This document shows, piece after piece, positions 1 to 8,782 of a DNA stretch of 64,000 nt; the first letter of the stretch is position 1, and each line of letters begins with the position of its first letter. Under the pieces are notes generated by a model that was not told the DNA's origin, made no database searches, and saw nothing but the letters and a program-made list of their open reading frames with translations. The position numbers were made by a program, and so were the translations under genes. Source of the stretch: Methanothrix sp. (lineage in GTDB: Archaea > Halobacteriota > Methanosarcinia > Methanotrichales > Methanotrichaceae). The stretch is taken from assembly GCA_963682135.1 (NCBI GenBank), contig OY821645.1, positions 1,024,001 to 1,088,000 of the forward strand, given 5' to 3'.

Positions 1-6
1 AGATCC

Positions 7-609
7 ATGAACTCCGGCATCAAGTCCAGCAAGAACGTGCTGTTTTCCGGCAGCGTGGATGCCCTGGTAAAGAATGAATACATGGTAGACGCCGCAAAGG
101 GCAAGAATGCCAATTTCCAGGAACAGGATGCAGTTGACAACTACAATTCCGTCTCTCTTGGGGATGCGCTCGTTGGAACTGAGAGCTTCAAAAGTTCTGC
201 AATCTTCGGCGGCGTAGGAGCCAAAGTCCGGGAGAGCTATGATGTTTCACAGATGGAGTTTCAGAGCCAGGATTTCACACTGCATCAGACAGGATCTATG
301 AAAAAGAATGCAGAATTCAAGACGGCGGACAACTTCACGGGATATTACCTGATAGATGCCAAGCAGATAGTTCCTGGCCAGAAGAGTATGAAAGAATTCG
401 AGGAGTATTTCGGATCCTTTGAGATCAACCGGAGAATACTCTTCCGGGATGCTGCAAAATCTGGGGCGCCATGCCAAGAAGGAGATTGTCTGAAAGCACC
501 GAGCATTAACGCACCTACACCAAGCAGTCCCAGCTTTACCAGCCCATGCTCAAGCGGCTCATGCAATAAATTCACAAATGCTCTAAATGCCTTCACCAAA
601 CTGGCTTGA
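7..609 (+). CDS. Hypothetical protein, probably the C-terminal part of a secreted protein starting upstream of the window
   Basis: 200-aa ORF at the window edge; polar beta-rich sequence with a Cys/Pro/Ser-rich tail (PCQEGDC...PCSSGSC). Confidence 0.6.
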   Translation: MNSGIKSSKNVLFSGSVDALVKNEYMVDAAKGKNANFQEQDAVDNYNSVSLGDALVGTESFKSSAIFGGVGAKVRESYDVSQMEFQSQDFTLHQTGSMKKNAEFKTADNFTGYYLIDAKQIVPGQKSMKEFEEYFGSFEINRRILFRDAAKSGAPCQEGDCLKAPSINAPTPSSPSFTSPCSSGSCNKFTNALNAFTKLA

Positions 610-630
610 TATTTTTTGCAGAAGGAATAA

Positions 631-692
631 GGCGAAGATCTCGGGGGTAATGGAAGAAATATGTCATTTCAATTCTTCCATCGTTCTTCGCC
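631..692. terminator. Two-stem inverted repeat downstream of the first ORF (possible terminator or 3' UTR structure)
   Basis: GGCGAAGA(631-638) pairs with TCTTCGCC(685-692); ATGGAAGAA(650-658) pairs with TTCTTCCAT(673-681). Confidence 0.35.
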
Positions 693-955
693 CAATCTAC
701 TAACTACATTCATTATATATAAAACTATTCTTTTTTAGTAAGTAAATTTAATAATTCGATTTCCAAATATATCATAAACACAATGAGATAATCTAATATA
801 TCGATTAATTATGTTTAATTACTTTTTAGTTAATATATTTATGTATTGCAAATATCGCAGACTAATCTATTTTTATAGTAAGATTTTTCTTAAATTAGAG
901 AATATACCTACTTCGAATTTGGAGAATTACCGGCATTGAGTCTAATGACCTCGAT

Positions 956-2259
956 GTGACTTCCTCCCTTGCCCCTGAAGGGGCAGGGCTTCCTACGTCA
1001 TCGATCTAACTTGCTTTGATATTTTGCTCAAAGTAGGGGTAGGATCTTGATAGGCACTTCCCCTCAGTCCAAGGGTGCGAATGTTTATGCTGGCATTGAT
1101 GTCTCTATCCAGTTCTAAGCCGCAATTAGGGCAAAGGTGGACTCGATCTGCCAGCGTCTTTGGGACCATCATACCACACTGAGAGCATTTTTGAGACGTA
1201 TATCTAGACTCTACCAGTTCCACCATTTTGCCAGCTTTTGCAGCTTTGCTTTGAGTGAACTGGATTAATTTGCCCCATGCGTGATCTTGTATATGCTTTG
1301 CTAGGTGGTGATTCTTGAGCAATCCCTGGATATTCAGGTTTTCAAATACTATTAGATCGGCTGAATCTACAATCTTCCTGGATACCTGATGCAAGAACTC
1401 ATCTCTATGGTTCTGGATCTTCTGATGGAGCTTCGCGACTTTGATTTTGGCCTTTAGCCTACTGCGTGACCCTTTCTTCTTCCTTGACAGATTCCTTTGA
1501 GCTACTGCAAGCTTGTTTTCTGCCTGGATGTAGTATCGCGGATATTCAACCGTTTCACCTGTAGAGAGAGCAACCAGACTATTTAAGCCTACATCTGCAC
1601 CAATAGCGGTCTTTAGCTCGACCAGAGGCACATCCTCTTTTTCAGATACGAGGATCGCATACCAGTGACCCAGATTATCTTTCTTGATGGTGCAAGTCTT
1701 AATCTTGCCTTCAATCTCTCGATGCTTGAAGATCCTGATTGAACCTATCTTAGAGAGAGTCAACTTCGATCCTTCAAGCTTGTAACCGATTTGTGGATAG
1801 GTGAAAGACTTGTACCATCCTTTGCCCTTGAATCGAGGATATCCAGGCTTTTCGCCATTCTTGACCCTTCGGAAGAACGCTTTGAAAGACTTATCTAACC
1901 TGCGAAGGACATCTTGAAGCACTTGAGAAAAGACACCTTTGAAGTTGCCATCTTTTTTCTCTGCAACCAGCATGGCCGCCTGATCCTCGTAGGTTCTGCT
2001 GATGCCTTCAACTTCATAGGCATTCTTCCTGTCGGCCAATGCCTGATTATAGAGATGCCTGTAAGTATCTAGAGTTAGCTCCAATTGGGCTTCATGTTGC
2101 CTATTGGGGTAAATCCTGAACTTGTAGGCAGTCTTCATTGCAGATATTGAATCTTCCTGGAAAAGATATATAGTTAAGCGGCGCGAAGCGAAAGTAATAT
2201 GGAAAGCATACCGCATTCATCCCGCCCCCTAGAGAGAGCGGGTCTTCTGCCTGCTTTCT
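956..2259 (-). mobile_element. IS200/IS605-family (IS1341-like) tnpB-only element
   Basis: Minus strand: left end preceded by TTAT (2263-2260) with a subterminal hairpin at about 2217-2247; right-end hairpin GCCCC-TTCA-GGGGC followed by ...GGAAGTCAC ending at 956. Confidence 0.85.
993..2138 (-). CDS. tnpB: RNA-guided endonuclease TnpB
   Basis: N-terminal AYKFRIYP motif, GYPRFK, RuvC-I GADVG, RuvC-II VFENL, Zn finger CSQC..CPNC, RuvC-III DRDINA; start set to ATG 2138. Confidence 0.95.
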   Translation of the reverse strand: MKTAYKFRIYPNRQHEAQLELTLDTYRHLYNQALADRKNAYEVEGISRTYEDQAAMLVAEKKDGNFKGVFSQVLQDVLRRLDKSFKAFFRRVKNGEKPGYPRFKGKGWYKSFTYPQIGYKLEGSKLTLSKIGSIRIFKHREIEGKIKTCTIKKDNLGHWYAILVSEKEDVPLVELKTAIGADVGLNSLVALSTGETVEYPRYYIQAENKLAVAQRNLSRKKKGSRSRLKAKIKVAKLHQKIQNHRDEFLHQVSRKIVDSADLIVFENLNIQGLLKNHHLAKHIQDHAWGKLIQFTQSKAAKAGKMVELVESRYTSQKCSQCGMMVPKTLADRVHLCPNCGLELDRDINASINIRTLGLRGSAYQDPTPTLSKISKQVRSMT

Positions 2260-2346
2260 ATAAGCAAAAAGAATAAATGGTTAAAGCTCAAGTAGCTGAA
2301 AAAAGGGATCTGATTGCGAACCCTTTTGAGAAAGGAGGTTCATGAA

Positions 2347-2754
2347 ATGAAGTTGATTCTTACATTATTCGTCGTCACGGTTCTTCTGGCGAGCGTTGCC
2401 GTCACGGCCAGCGCTGCCGATGTTCTGGATTTGAGCACATTAGGTAAAAAACCGAGCATAGAGGCAGTTTCCTTGCCCAGGCTCTCGCCTACAATGCCGA
2501 CTATCGCACCAACCGCTCTGGGTGGCAAACTGAATAGCGATGTACTCGATCTCAGCACTCTGGGAAAGAAAGCACAGGCAAATGCGAGTATATCCATGAT
2601 CAAGGGCGCCTCTCCAGTTACAATTACACCCATGTTCTCAGTTAAGAATGGGAATGTAACAAACCAGGCAGGCTCTGTCTATACCCTGCCCCAGGCAATT
2701 TCTGCTACTCCATCCGTCTACACCCCGCCCATAGCCATATTTGGCGGAGCCTAA
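2347..2754 (+). CDS. Secreted hypothetical protein with duplicated DVLDLSTLGKK motif
   Basis: AGGAGGT RBS before ATG 2347; signal peptide MKLILTLFVVTVLLASVAVTASA. Confidence 0.7.
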   Translation: MKLILTLFVVTVLLASVAVTASAADVLDLSTLGKKPSIEAVSLPRLSPTMPTIAPTALGGKLNSDVLDLSTLGKKAQANASISMIKGASPVTITPMFSVKNGNVTNQAGSVYTLPQAISATPSVYTPPIAIFGGA

Positions 2755-2764
2755 AGAGGAAGAA

Positions 2765-2914
2765 ATGAATGTTTCGCTGAAGGTTGATGGGAAGGCAATC
2801 GATTTAAATGCCTTCACCCAGGAGATCATCGGCAATGCTGCAGTAGCCATGGCCGAGTCTCTGCGGGGCGTGGGCCAAGATTGGAAAGGAATTGAGATCA
2901 GAATAGAAAAGTAA
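2765..2914 (+). CDS. Small 49-aa protein resembling a stand-alone MobB C-terminal domain
   Basis: Not in the ORF track; translates as MNVSLKVDGKAIDLNAFTQEIIGNAAVAMAESLRGVGQDWKGIEIRIEK, with GAGGA RBS upstream. Confidence 0.6.
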   Translation: MNVSLKVDGKAIDLNAFTQEIIGNAAVAMAESLRGVGQDWKGIEIRIEK

Positions 2915-2922
2915 TTAGACTC

Positions 2923-3456
2923 TCAATCCTTCTTGCTCTTTTTGAAGACTGATGCGAGGTCGATAAAATAGGTGCCCTCCTTAACCGCCATAATCAGCTC
3001 ATCTCTCTCGAAAAGAGAGGGCAGATTCAGTTCGTAGGTGCCAGGTGCCGTTATCTTGACGCTTTCCAGAGTCTTCTCTTGAGACTTGACCTTGCCATCA
3101 CTTTGATGGTTATCCTCTAAATGATGGTCTTCATCTAAATGATTTCCTTCATCGAGCTTCTTTGAAGGAATGGAACGGGTTGGTGGAAGCGGCGCGACGG
3201 GAAGAGATTCTTGTGAAGCCTGCATTGTCTCTTCTCTTGCCCCTAATGCCACCGACTCTTTTTCCCTCCTTCTGGGAGGTACACGTACGCCCATTGCTCG
3301 AGTTATAATCTGCTCTGACTGCAAGGCTTGCCCCTTAGAATCCTGTGGCCCCCTTTTAACGAACATGAACTTCTTCCAGCCACAATTCGGGCAGCCCTTC
3401 AGGATATCCTCTCCCGAATCGAAGACGTTGCTGCAGCGTGTACAGATATGAGGCAT
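2923..3456 (-). CDS. OapC/ArvC-family Zn-ribbon protein
   Basis: MPHICTRC...GCPNCGWKKF and C-terminal ESVKITAPGTYELNL..EGTYFIDL; third gene of the operon. Confidence 0.85.
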   Translation of the reverse strand: MPHICTRCSNVFDSGEDILKGCPNCGWKKFMFVKRGPQDSKGQALQSEQIITRAMGVRVPPRRREKESVALGAREETMQASQESLPVAPLPPTRSIPSKKLDEGNHLDEDHHLEDNHQSDGKVKSQEKTLESVKITAPGTYELNLPSLFERDELIMAVKEGTYFIDLASVFKKSKKD

Positions 3457-3825
3457 CTAGTCCCCCACGGAGACCTTGGTGCTGATCTGATATTTGTCTT
3501 TCTCAATAGTGCGTAGCTGGTTGGCAGGGCCGATGACTGTCATCCTACCCTTGAGAGTTCTGCCAAATATCTTATCCAAAAATGATCCTTCTTTCTTGGA
3601 AGGATAGCTCTCGATCTCTATTCCGGAGAACTCGTCTACCCGAATCTCGGTCATGGTCATCTCGATAAGGCGCACCTCCTCATCAGAAGTCAGGCCGCAC
3701 TCCAAGACCACAATCTTACCGTTCTTGACCTTGTCCAGGATGAGCCGAATCTTCTCCATGGAGGTCATTTTCTCCAGCTTCTCTCCGGAGATGAGGTCCA
3801 TTTGCACTTCTCTCATCAAGATCAC
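3457..3825 (-). CDS. OapB/ArvB (DUF2073) protein
   Basis: SMEKIRLILD..IVVLE.GL..EE..LIE.TM..FSGIEIESYP and TVIGPANQ motifs. Confidence 0.85.
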   Translation of the reverse strand: MILMREVQMDLISGEKLEKMTSMEKIRLILDKVKNGKIVVLECGLTSDEEVRLIEMTMTEIRVDEFSGIEIESYPSKKEGSFLDKIFGRTLKGRMTVIGPANQLRTIEKDKYQISTKVSVGD

Positions 3826-4460
3826 CCAAAATGAGCTGCTATCGCCTGATAAAGGTTATCTATATTCGATCCTTCCAGGGCGGAAATTTGCACCATGGCA
3901 TGCTGGGGGAAGGCAGCCTTAATTCTGGCAGGCGAGGCGTTGGGCAGATCCATCTTATTGGCTACAATGAGCAGAGGAAGCTTCCTTGCTTCCATGTTTC
4001 CAATCACTACTACATTGACCTGAGTATAGGGGTCCTCGGTTGAGTCCATAACTAAGAGCACTCCGTCCAGGTCATCCAACCATTTGATGGCTTCTATAAC
4101 GCCTTCCGTAGCTTCTTTTGCCCTCTTCTTGGACTCCGCCTCGGTGAGGCCGAAGGCCATGAACTCCTTGAAGTCAACCTTCGTGGCCATGCCTGGCGTA
4201 TCGACTATATCCAGCTCGATGCTCGACCCATTGGAGCGGATCACCACACCCTCCTTCCTCATGGCCCTGCGAGTCTCATGTGGAATGGGGGAGGCCACAC
4301 CGAAGCTCTCACCTCCACTCCAGTCATGCAGAATCCTGTTGGCCAGGGTAGTCTTTCCTGCATTAGGCGGGCCATAAAGTCCTATTTTGGCCCTCTTTTT
4401 TTTAAATATCCTGTCTATCCATGTCCCAAGGCTCTCCTTGAGGCTACTGATGAAACCCAT
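3822..4460 (-). CDS. Era-like small GTPase OapA/ArvA
   Basis: G1 GPPNAGKT, G2 HETR, G3 DTPG, G4 NKMD, G5 SAL; operon with DUF2073 and Zn-ribbon genes. Confidence 0.9.
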   Translation of the reverse strand: MGFISSLKESLGTWIDRIFKKKRAKIGLYGPPNAGKTTLANRILHDWSGGESFGVASPIPHETRRAMRKEGVVIRSNGSSIELDIVDTPGMATKVDFKEFMAFGLTEAESKKRAKEATEGVIEAIKWLDDLDGVLLVMDSTEDPYTQVNVVVIGNMEARKLPLLIVANKMDLPNASPARIKAAFPQHAMVQISALEGSNIDNLYQAIAAHFG

Positions 4461-4520
4461 GTCTTACCTCATATCTGATAAGCGCATATCTGTACTAATA
4501 ATTTTCCATGAGAAAAATTT

Positions 4521-5615
4521 TTAACTGAAGATATCCTGGGCAGGGCAATGGCAGACGAATCCCTCGAACTGCCCGGACCCTCGCAAAGCCTTCCAGGCAT
4601 CTTTCAGAGAAGAGTCCTGGATATTGGCATAGCTTTCCCTCAAATAAGGACAGGCTCTGACGCTGCCGTCAACTGCCACATGCATCCATCTTCTCCCAGC
4701 CATGCAGCCCATTAATTGGCCCTCAAAATATGTACTGGCAAAAAGCCGGGGCCCTCCCGGCGTCGAGTTGATCTTTTTGTAGAGGCCTATGATCTTCTCC
4801 CTCTCAATCAATGTCAGCTTTTCCTCAGGAGTCTTGGGAATGCCCTCCCAGATGGATAGCTCCTGCACACCCAATTTAGAAGCCAAATCGTAGAGATCCG
4901 AGATTCGGTCCACCTGACCTGCCTTTATATGACAGGCCATAGTTACCATCAATCCTGTCTGCAGAGCGATCTGTATGGCTTCTATTGCCCTGGCATGAGC
5001 ACCTTCAACACCCCTTACCAGATCGTGCTCCTCGGGAATGGTGCTGTAAACGCCAATAATCAGATTATAAAGCCCGGCTTCTCTGAGCCTGACCGCTTTC
5101 TCGACAGTCATATCAAGGCCAGGCGTAAAGAGATTTACCACAGCTTTCTCAGGATCGACATGCTTTATCAGTTCGAAGATATCCTCTCGCAAAAGGGGGT
5201 CTCCTTCGGTAAAGGTGACGATGCAGGTGCCCATCTCCAGGGCCTGGTCGATGGTGCGCAAAATGTCCTCGCGGGAGAGTTCACCCTCGCCCGTTCTTAT
5301 CAGGCAGTGGTCGCATTTTGCTCCACAGCGTCTCGTAACCTCGATGGAGAGGGTCTGAGGCACCGGGCGGCCCATCGCAAAGCGTGCTTCATTGACCAGC
5401 AGTCTCTTGAAGGGACCGCTGGGAATGGGCGGAAGCCAGGTACTGGCAACCATATCCTTCAGCCTGATCTGAGCAGGTTTCTCCTCCGCCAGCCTCTGGT
5501 TTATCATCTTCAAAACCGGCTGGACCATACGCGCCAGAGCACCCGATGCCTGCAGGGCTCGAAGATCCCTATCATAGTCCACGCATAGCGCGGCCGTCTT
5601 GATAAGCTGGGTCAT
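4521..5615 (-). CDS. Radical SAM protein with SPASM/twitch domain
   Basis: CGAKCDHC (CxxxCxxC), TEGDPLLR, C-terminal CMAG..DGSVRACP. Confidence 0.85.
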   Translation of the reverse strand: MTQLIKTAALCVDYDRDLRALQASGALARMVQPVLKMINQRLAEEKPAQIRLKDMVASTWLPPIPSGPFKRLLVNEARFAMGRPVPQTLSIEVTRRCGAKCDHCLIRTGEGELSREDILRTIDQALEMGTCIVTFTEGDPLLREDIFELIKHVDPEKAVVNLFTPGLDMTVEKAVRLREAGLYNLIIGVYSTIPEEHDLVRGVEGAHARAIEAIQIALQTGLMVTMACHIKAGQVDRISDLYDLASKLGVQELSIWEGIPKTPEEKLTLIEREKIIGLYKKINSTPGGPRLFASTYFEGQLMGCMAGRRWMHVAVDGSVRACPYLRESYANIQDSSLKDAWKALRGSGQFEGFVCHCPAQDIFS

Positions 5616-5713
5616 TATGATCTAACTTTTTTCGTGGCAGTTATAGAGTTATCGCTACAGGAAGAGATAAGGTTAAATCGACCCTGCCTCTTGTACGAGA
5701 CTGGTGTTGCGAA

Positions 5714-6898
5714 GTGTCTGAAGTTGTACTGGCCTATTCCGGTGGCCTGGATACATCTGTTTGTATTCCGCTCCTCAAAGAGCGCTATGGATTTGATAGA
5801 ATAGTCACCGTCCTGGTGGACGTTGGCCAGCCGCGGTCGGATATCGAACGGGGAAACCTGCGAGCAAAGCAGCTGGCTGATGAGCATTACGTCATTGATG
5901 CAAGAGAAGAGTTCGTAAGAGATTACATATTTCCGCTCATCAAAGCCAACGGCTCTTACGAGGGATATGTTCTGGGAACGGCCATAGCCCGGCCACTGAT
6001 CGCCATCAAAGCCGCCTTGATCGCCAAGCAAAAAGGCATAAAGAACCTGGCGCATGGATGCACCGGTCGCGGCAATGACCAGCTCCGCTTCGAGGCCATA
6101 TTCCGGGCCACAGACTGCCGGGTCATTGCACCCATGCGAGAGCTGGATTTAGCCCGCGAATGGGAGATCGATTATGCGCGCGAACACGGTATTGAAGTTG
6201 CTGTAACTCGCGATAAACCCTGGTCGATAGATGAGAACATCTGGTCTCGGTCCATCGAGGGAGGCAAGCTGGAGGACCCCTATTTCGAGCCGCCTGAGGA
6301 GATCTATGGCTGGACTCGAAAGCCGGATGCAAGCAAGAAGGCGCAGATTGTTGAGATCGGATTTGCCCATGGTGTTCCCGTCTCTCTGGATGGCGTGCAG
6401 ATGAGCGGCATTGAGCTGATTGAAAAGCTCAACCTGATCGGCGGCGAGCATGGCGTAGGCAGGACGGATATGGTGGAGGACAGGGTGCTGGGCCTGAAAG
6501 CCCGCGAGAACTATGAGCATCCAGCGGCAACTATCATCCTCGCGGCGCATAAGGACCTCGAGCATCTGGTCTTATCCCGTGCTGAGCTTCGTTTCAAGGT
6601 TATGGTGGATGAAGCCTGGTCGGAGCTGGCCTACATGGGCCTGGTGGAGGACCCGCTGTACTCCGATCTGAATGCCTTCCTGGATCAGTCTCAAAAGAGA
6701 GTCAATGGCAGCGTCAAGATGAAACTCTACTGCGCAAATGCAATCCCAGTAGGTCGCCAATCGCCCGACGCACTCTATGCTCAGGACATGGTCTCCTTCG
6801 ACTCCCAGACCTTGAGCCAGAAGGATGCAGAAGGCTTTGCCAAATACCATGGCTTCCAGGCCAGGCTGCTCAAGATAAAGGGATTAAAGAGAACTTAG
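5714..6898 (+). CDS. argG: Argininosuccinate synthase
   Basis: [34 protein letters not shown]. Confidence 0.97.
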   Translation: MSEVVLAYSGGLDTSVCIPLLKERYGFDRIVTVLVDVGQPRSDIERGNLRAKQLADEHYVIDAREEFVRDYIFPLIKANGSYEGYVLGTAIARPLIAIKAALIAKQKGIKNLAHGCTGRGNDQLRFEAIFRATDCRVIAPMRELDLAREWEIDYAREHGIEVAVTRDKPWSIDENIWSRSIEGGKLEDPYFEPPEEIYGWTRKPDASKKAQIVEIGFAHGVPVSLDGVQMSGIELIEKLNLIGGEHGVGRTDMVEDRVLGLKARENYEHPAATIILAAHKDLEHLVLSRAELRFKVMVDEAWSELAYMGLVEDPLYSDLNAFLDQSQKRVNGSVKMKLYCANAIPVGRQSPDALYAQDMVSFDSQTLSQKDAEGFAKYHGFQARLLKIKGLKRT

Positions 6899-6948
6899 AA
6901 AAATGCAAGGATAGGGTTTATTTGATATCGCGGCCCAATATCATCAGC

Positions 6949-7338
6949 ATGTCCAGAGTTGTGATATCAGAGGACGCCGGATCTTCGGATCTGGCGGCAC
7001 TCGCCCTTGCCTTCAATGAGATAGTTCAACTTCCCGTTACGATGCGCTCGGCGAAATTTCCCGGCGTGCGGGTTGAGAAAGGAAAGGTTCTGGATGACAA
7101 ATATAGCGGACCTGTCCTGGAAGAGGTTATTCGAACCGGCAAGAGCATTCGCACCACACCCAAAGAGGGAGCTTATCGAGATATTCCCGTATCTGTCGCT
7201 CCCATATTGATAGAGGGCCGAGCCGTTGCCGCCATCGGGATAGTGGATGTGATCGGCACGATAGACATTCCTGAGGTCTTCGGGGCATATGAGGCGGTCT
7301 TGAAACAGGTTTCAGGTAAGGTGCCAGAGAAGAAATGA
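6949..7338 (+). CDS. Methanogen DUF2111-like protein
   Basis: LPVTMRS..GVRVE.G.V.D..YSGPVLEEV..AAIGIVD pattern. Confidence 0.7.
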   Translation: MSRVVISEDAGSSDLAALALAFNEIVQLPVTMRSAKFPGVRVEKGKVLDDKYSGPVLEEVIRTGKSIRTTPKEGAYRDIPVSVAPILIEGRAVAAIGIVDVIGTIDIPEVFGAYEAVLKQVSGKVPEKK

Positions 7339-7793
7339 AGATCCGGAGTGCGCAGCCCTGGGATCTGGCCCAGATCGTGCAAATCGAGGGGCTCTGCTTC
7401 CCGGAGGAGACCGCTTTTCCGCCCAAGATGTTCGCCTACCTGATACGCTATGCTGTGTCTCTAGTGGCATTTGAGCCGGAGAAGAAAGTATTGGGCTTCA
7501 TCATGGGGTATACCAGTGGAAAGACAGGTGCAGTCTACACCCTGGACGTTCATCCCAGTTACCGCAGGAGGGGCATCGGCAGCAAGCTCCTGCAGTCTTT
7601 GGAGGAGAAGCTGGCCCTGTTGGGTGCCCAGGCGATCCGACTTGAGGCCGCGTTAGATCGGCCCGGGGCTGTTGAGCTGTACAGAAAAGCCGGCTACCAG
7701 GAGCGTGAGCTGGTAAGGAACTATTATGGCCGAGGCGATCATGCCTTGCGAATGTGGAAGAATCTGGATGTGTGTATATGCTTAACGACGTAG
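7335..7793 (+). CDS. RimI-like GNAT N-acetyltransferase
   Basis: TLDVHPSYRRRGIGSKLL acetyl-CoA motif; LYRKAGY; NYY. Confidence 0.85.
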   Translation: MKIRSAQPWDLAQIVQIEGLCFPEETAFPPKMFAYLIRYAVSLVAFEPEKKVLGFIMGYTSGKTGAVYTLDVHPSYRRRGIGSKLLQSLEEKLALLGAQAIRLEAALDRPGAVELYRKAGYQERELVRNYYGRGDHALRMWKNLDVCICLTT

Positions 7794-8662
7794 CCAGGAT
7801 GAGAAGCGGCGATATGCAAAATGAGCTTTCTGCCAAGGTAGACAAACTGATAGACGAGTTCATGGCAATAGTTGATGCCACGACAAAAGAGAGACATCTG
7901 CAGAAGGGCATCGCCAGAAGTCAACTCCCCTGCAGCATGGTTGCCATCCTGGACAAAAATAACCTCTCCATTCTGGGGCAGTTTAGGATGGAGAACAGGA
8001 TCACAAGCTACTTTTACAGACCGGATATCTCTCTCTCGCCCCAGCAGGCAGCCAACAGCGCCCAGTGGGAGTTCGGCTTCGCAGATGCATTTATCATCCA
8101 GATTCCGGCAAACCTGATAGAGCAAAGCACTGCCGATCGTCATGCGGCTCTGCAAAAATCGGCCTCTGAGCATATCGACTCGGAGTTCCTCAGGCTGGAA
8201 AATATGCTCAGCCTCATGCGTACCCGTCCCATATTTGGACAAGCAGCTGAGCAGGTAGGCTCTAGGACGCTCCTTCTGCTCCTGCCCCAGGATGCGGGGC
8301 TGCGAGGTAATGAAGAGACCATTTTAAAAGCGATCCGAGTCAACGGTCTGCCGATTACCGAAGCAGAAGACATCCGGAAAGGCAAATCAGCCGTGCGTGA
8401 TATGTGGCATTCCCTCAATTACGCAGCAGTGATCATTGCCGACCTTACCGGAGCTGATGGCGGGGTGATGTATGGCCTGGGCATTGCTCATACTCTGGGA
8501 AAGGAAACGATACTGATTCACCCGCAAGGCTCAAAATACCTGACGGATATCCCCAGGACATACAGGATAGAGTACGAGGAAAGCGATGCCGGCAGGGCTA
8601 AGCTGGAAGCTAGCCTTTCCCGTATGCTCGACGCCATACTGGCGCCTGTTGTGAATGATTAG
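7778..8662 (+). CDS. Hypothetical protein with C-terminal nucleoside 2-deoxyribosyltransferase/TIR-like domain
   Basis: IIADLTG..VMYGLGIAHTLGKETILI resembles the ADLT..NPNV.YELG.A motif; start uncertain. Confidence 0.6.
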   Translation: MLNDVARMRSGDMQNELSAKVDKLIDEFMAIVDATTKERHLQKGIARSQLPCSMVAILDKNNLSILGQFRMENRITSYFYRPDISLSPQQAANSAQWEFGFADAFIIQIPANLIEQSTADRHAALQKSASEHIDSEFLRLENMLSLMRTRPIFGQAAEQVGSRTLLLLLPQDAGLRGNEETILKAIRVNGLPITEAEDIRKGKSAVRDMWHSLNYAAVIIADLTGADGGVMYGLGIAHTLGKETILIHPQGSKYLTDIPRTYRIEYEESDAGRAKLEASLSRMLDAILAPVVND

Positions 8663-8782
8663 GCTAGTGGCCAGGGAAAGTTGCACCGGGCCTATAATGT
8701 TATATATGTCTTGCATTTATACGAAGCTGCGACTCCGAATTCAGGTCTCCGAGCTTCATTTGACCCAGGAGGGGAAAAGAGG

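Noticed and set aside
693-930. Very AT-rich tract near the oap operon as a possible replication origin
   Set aside because: I found no repeated ORB-like boxes and no orc1/cdc6 gene in the window; it could simply be promoter or intergenic DNA.
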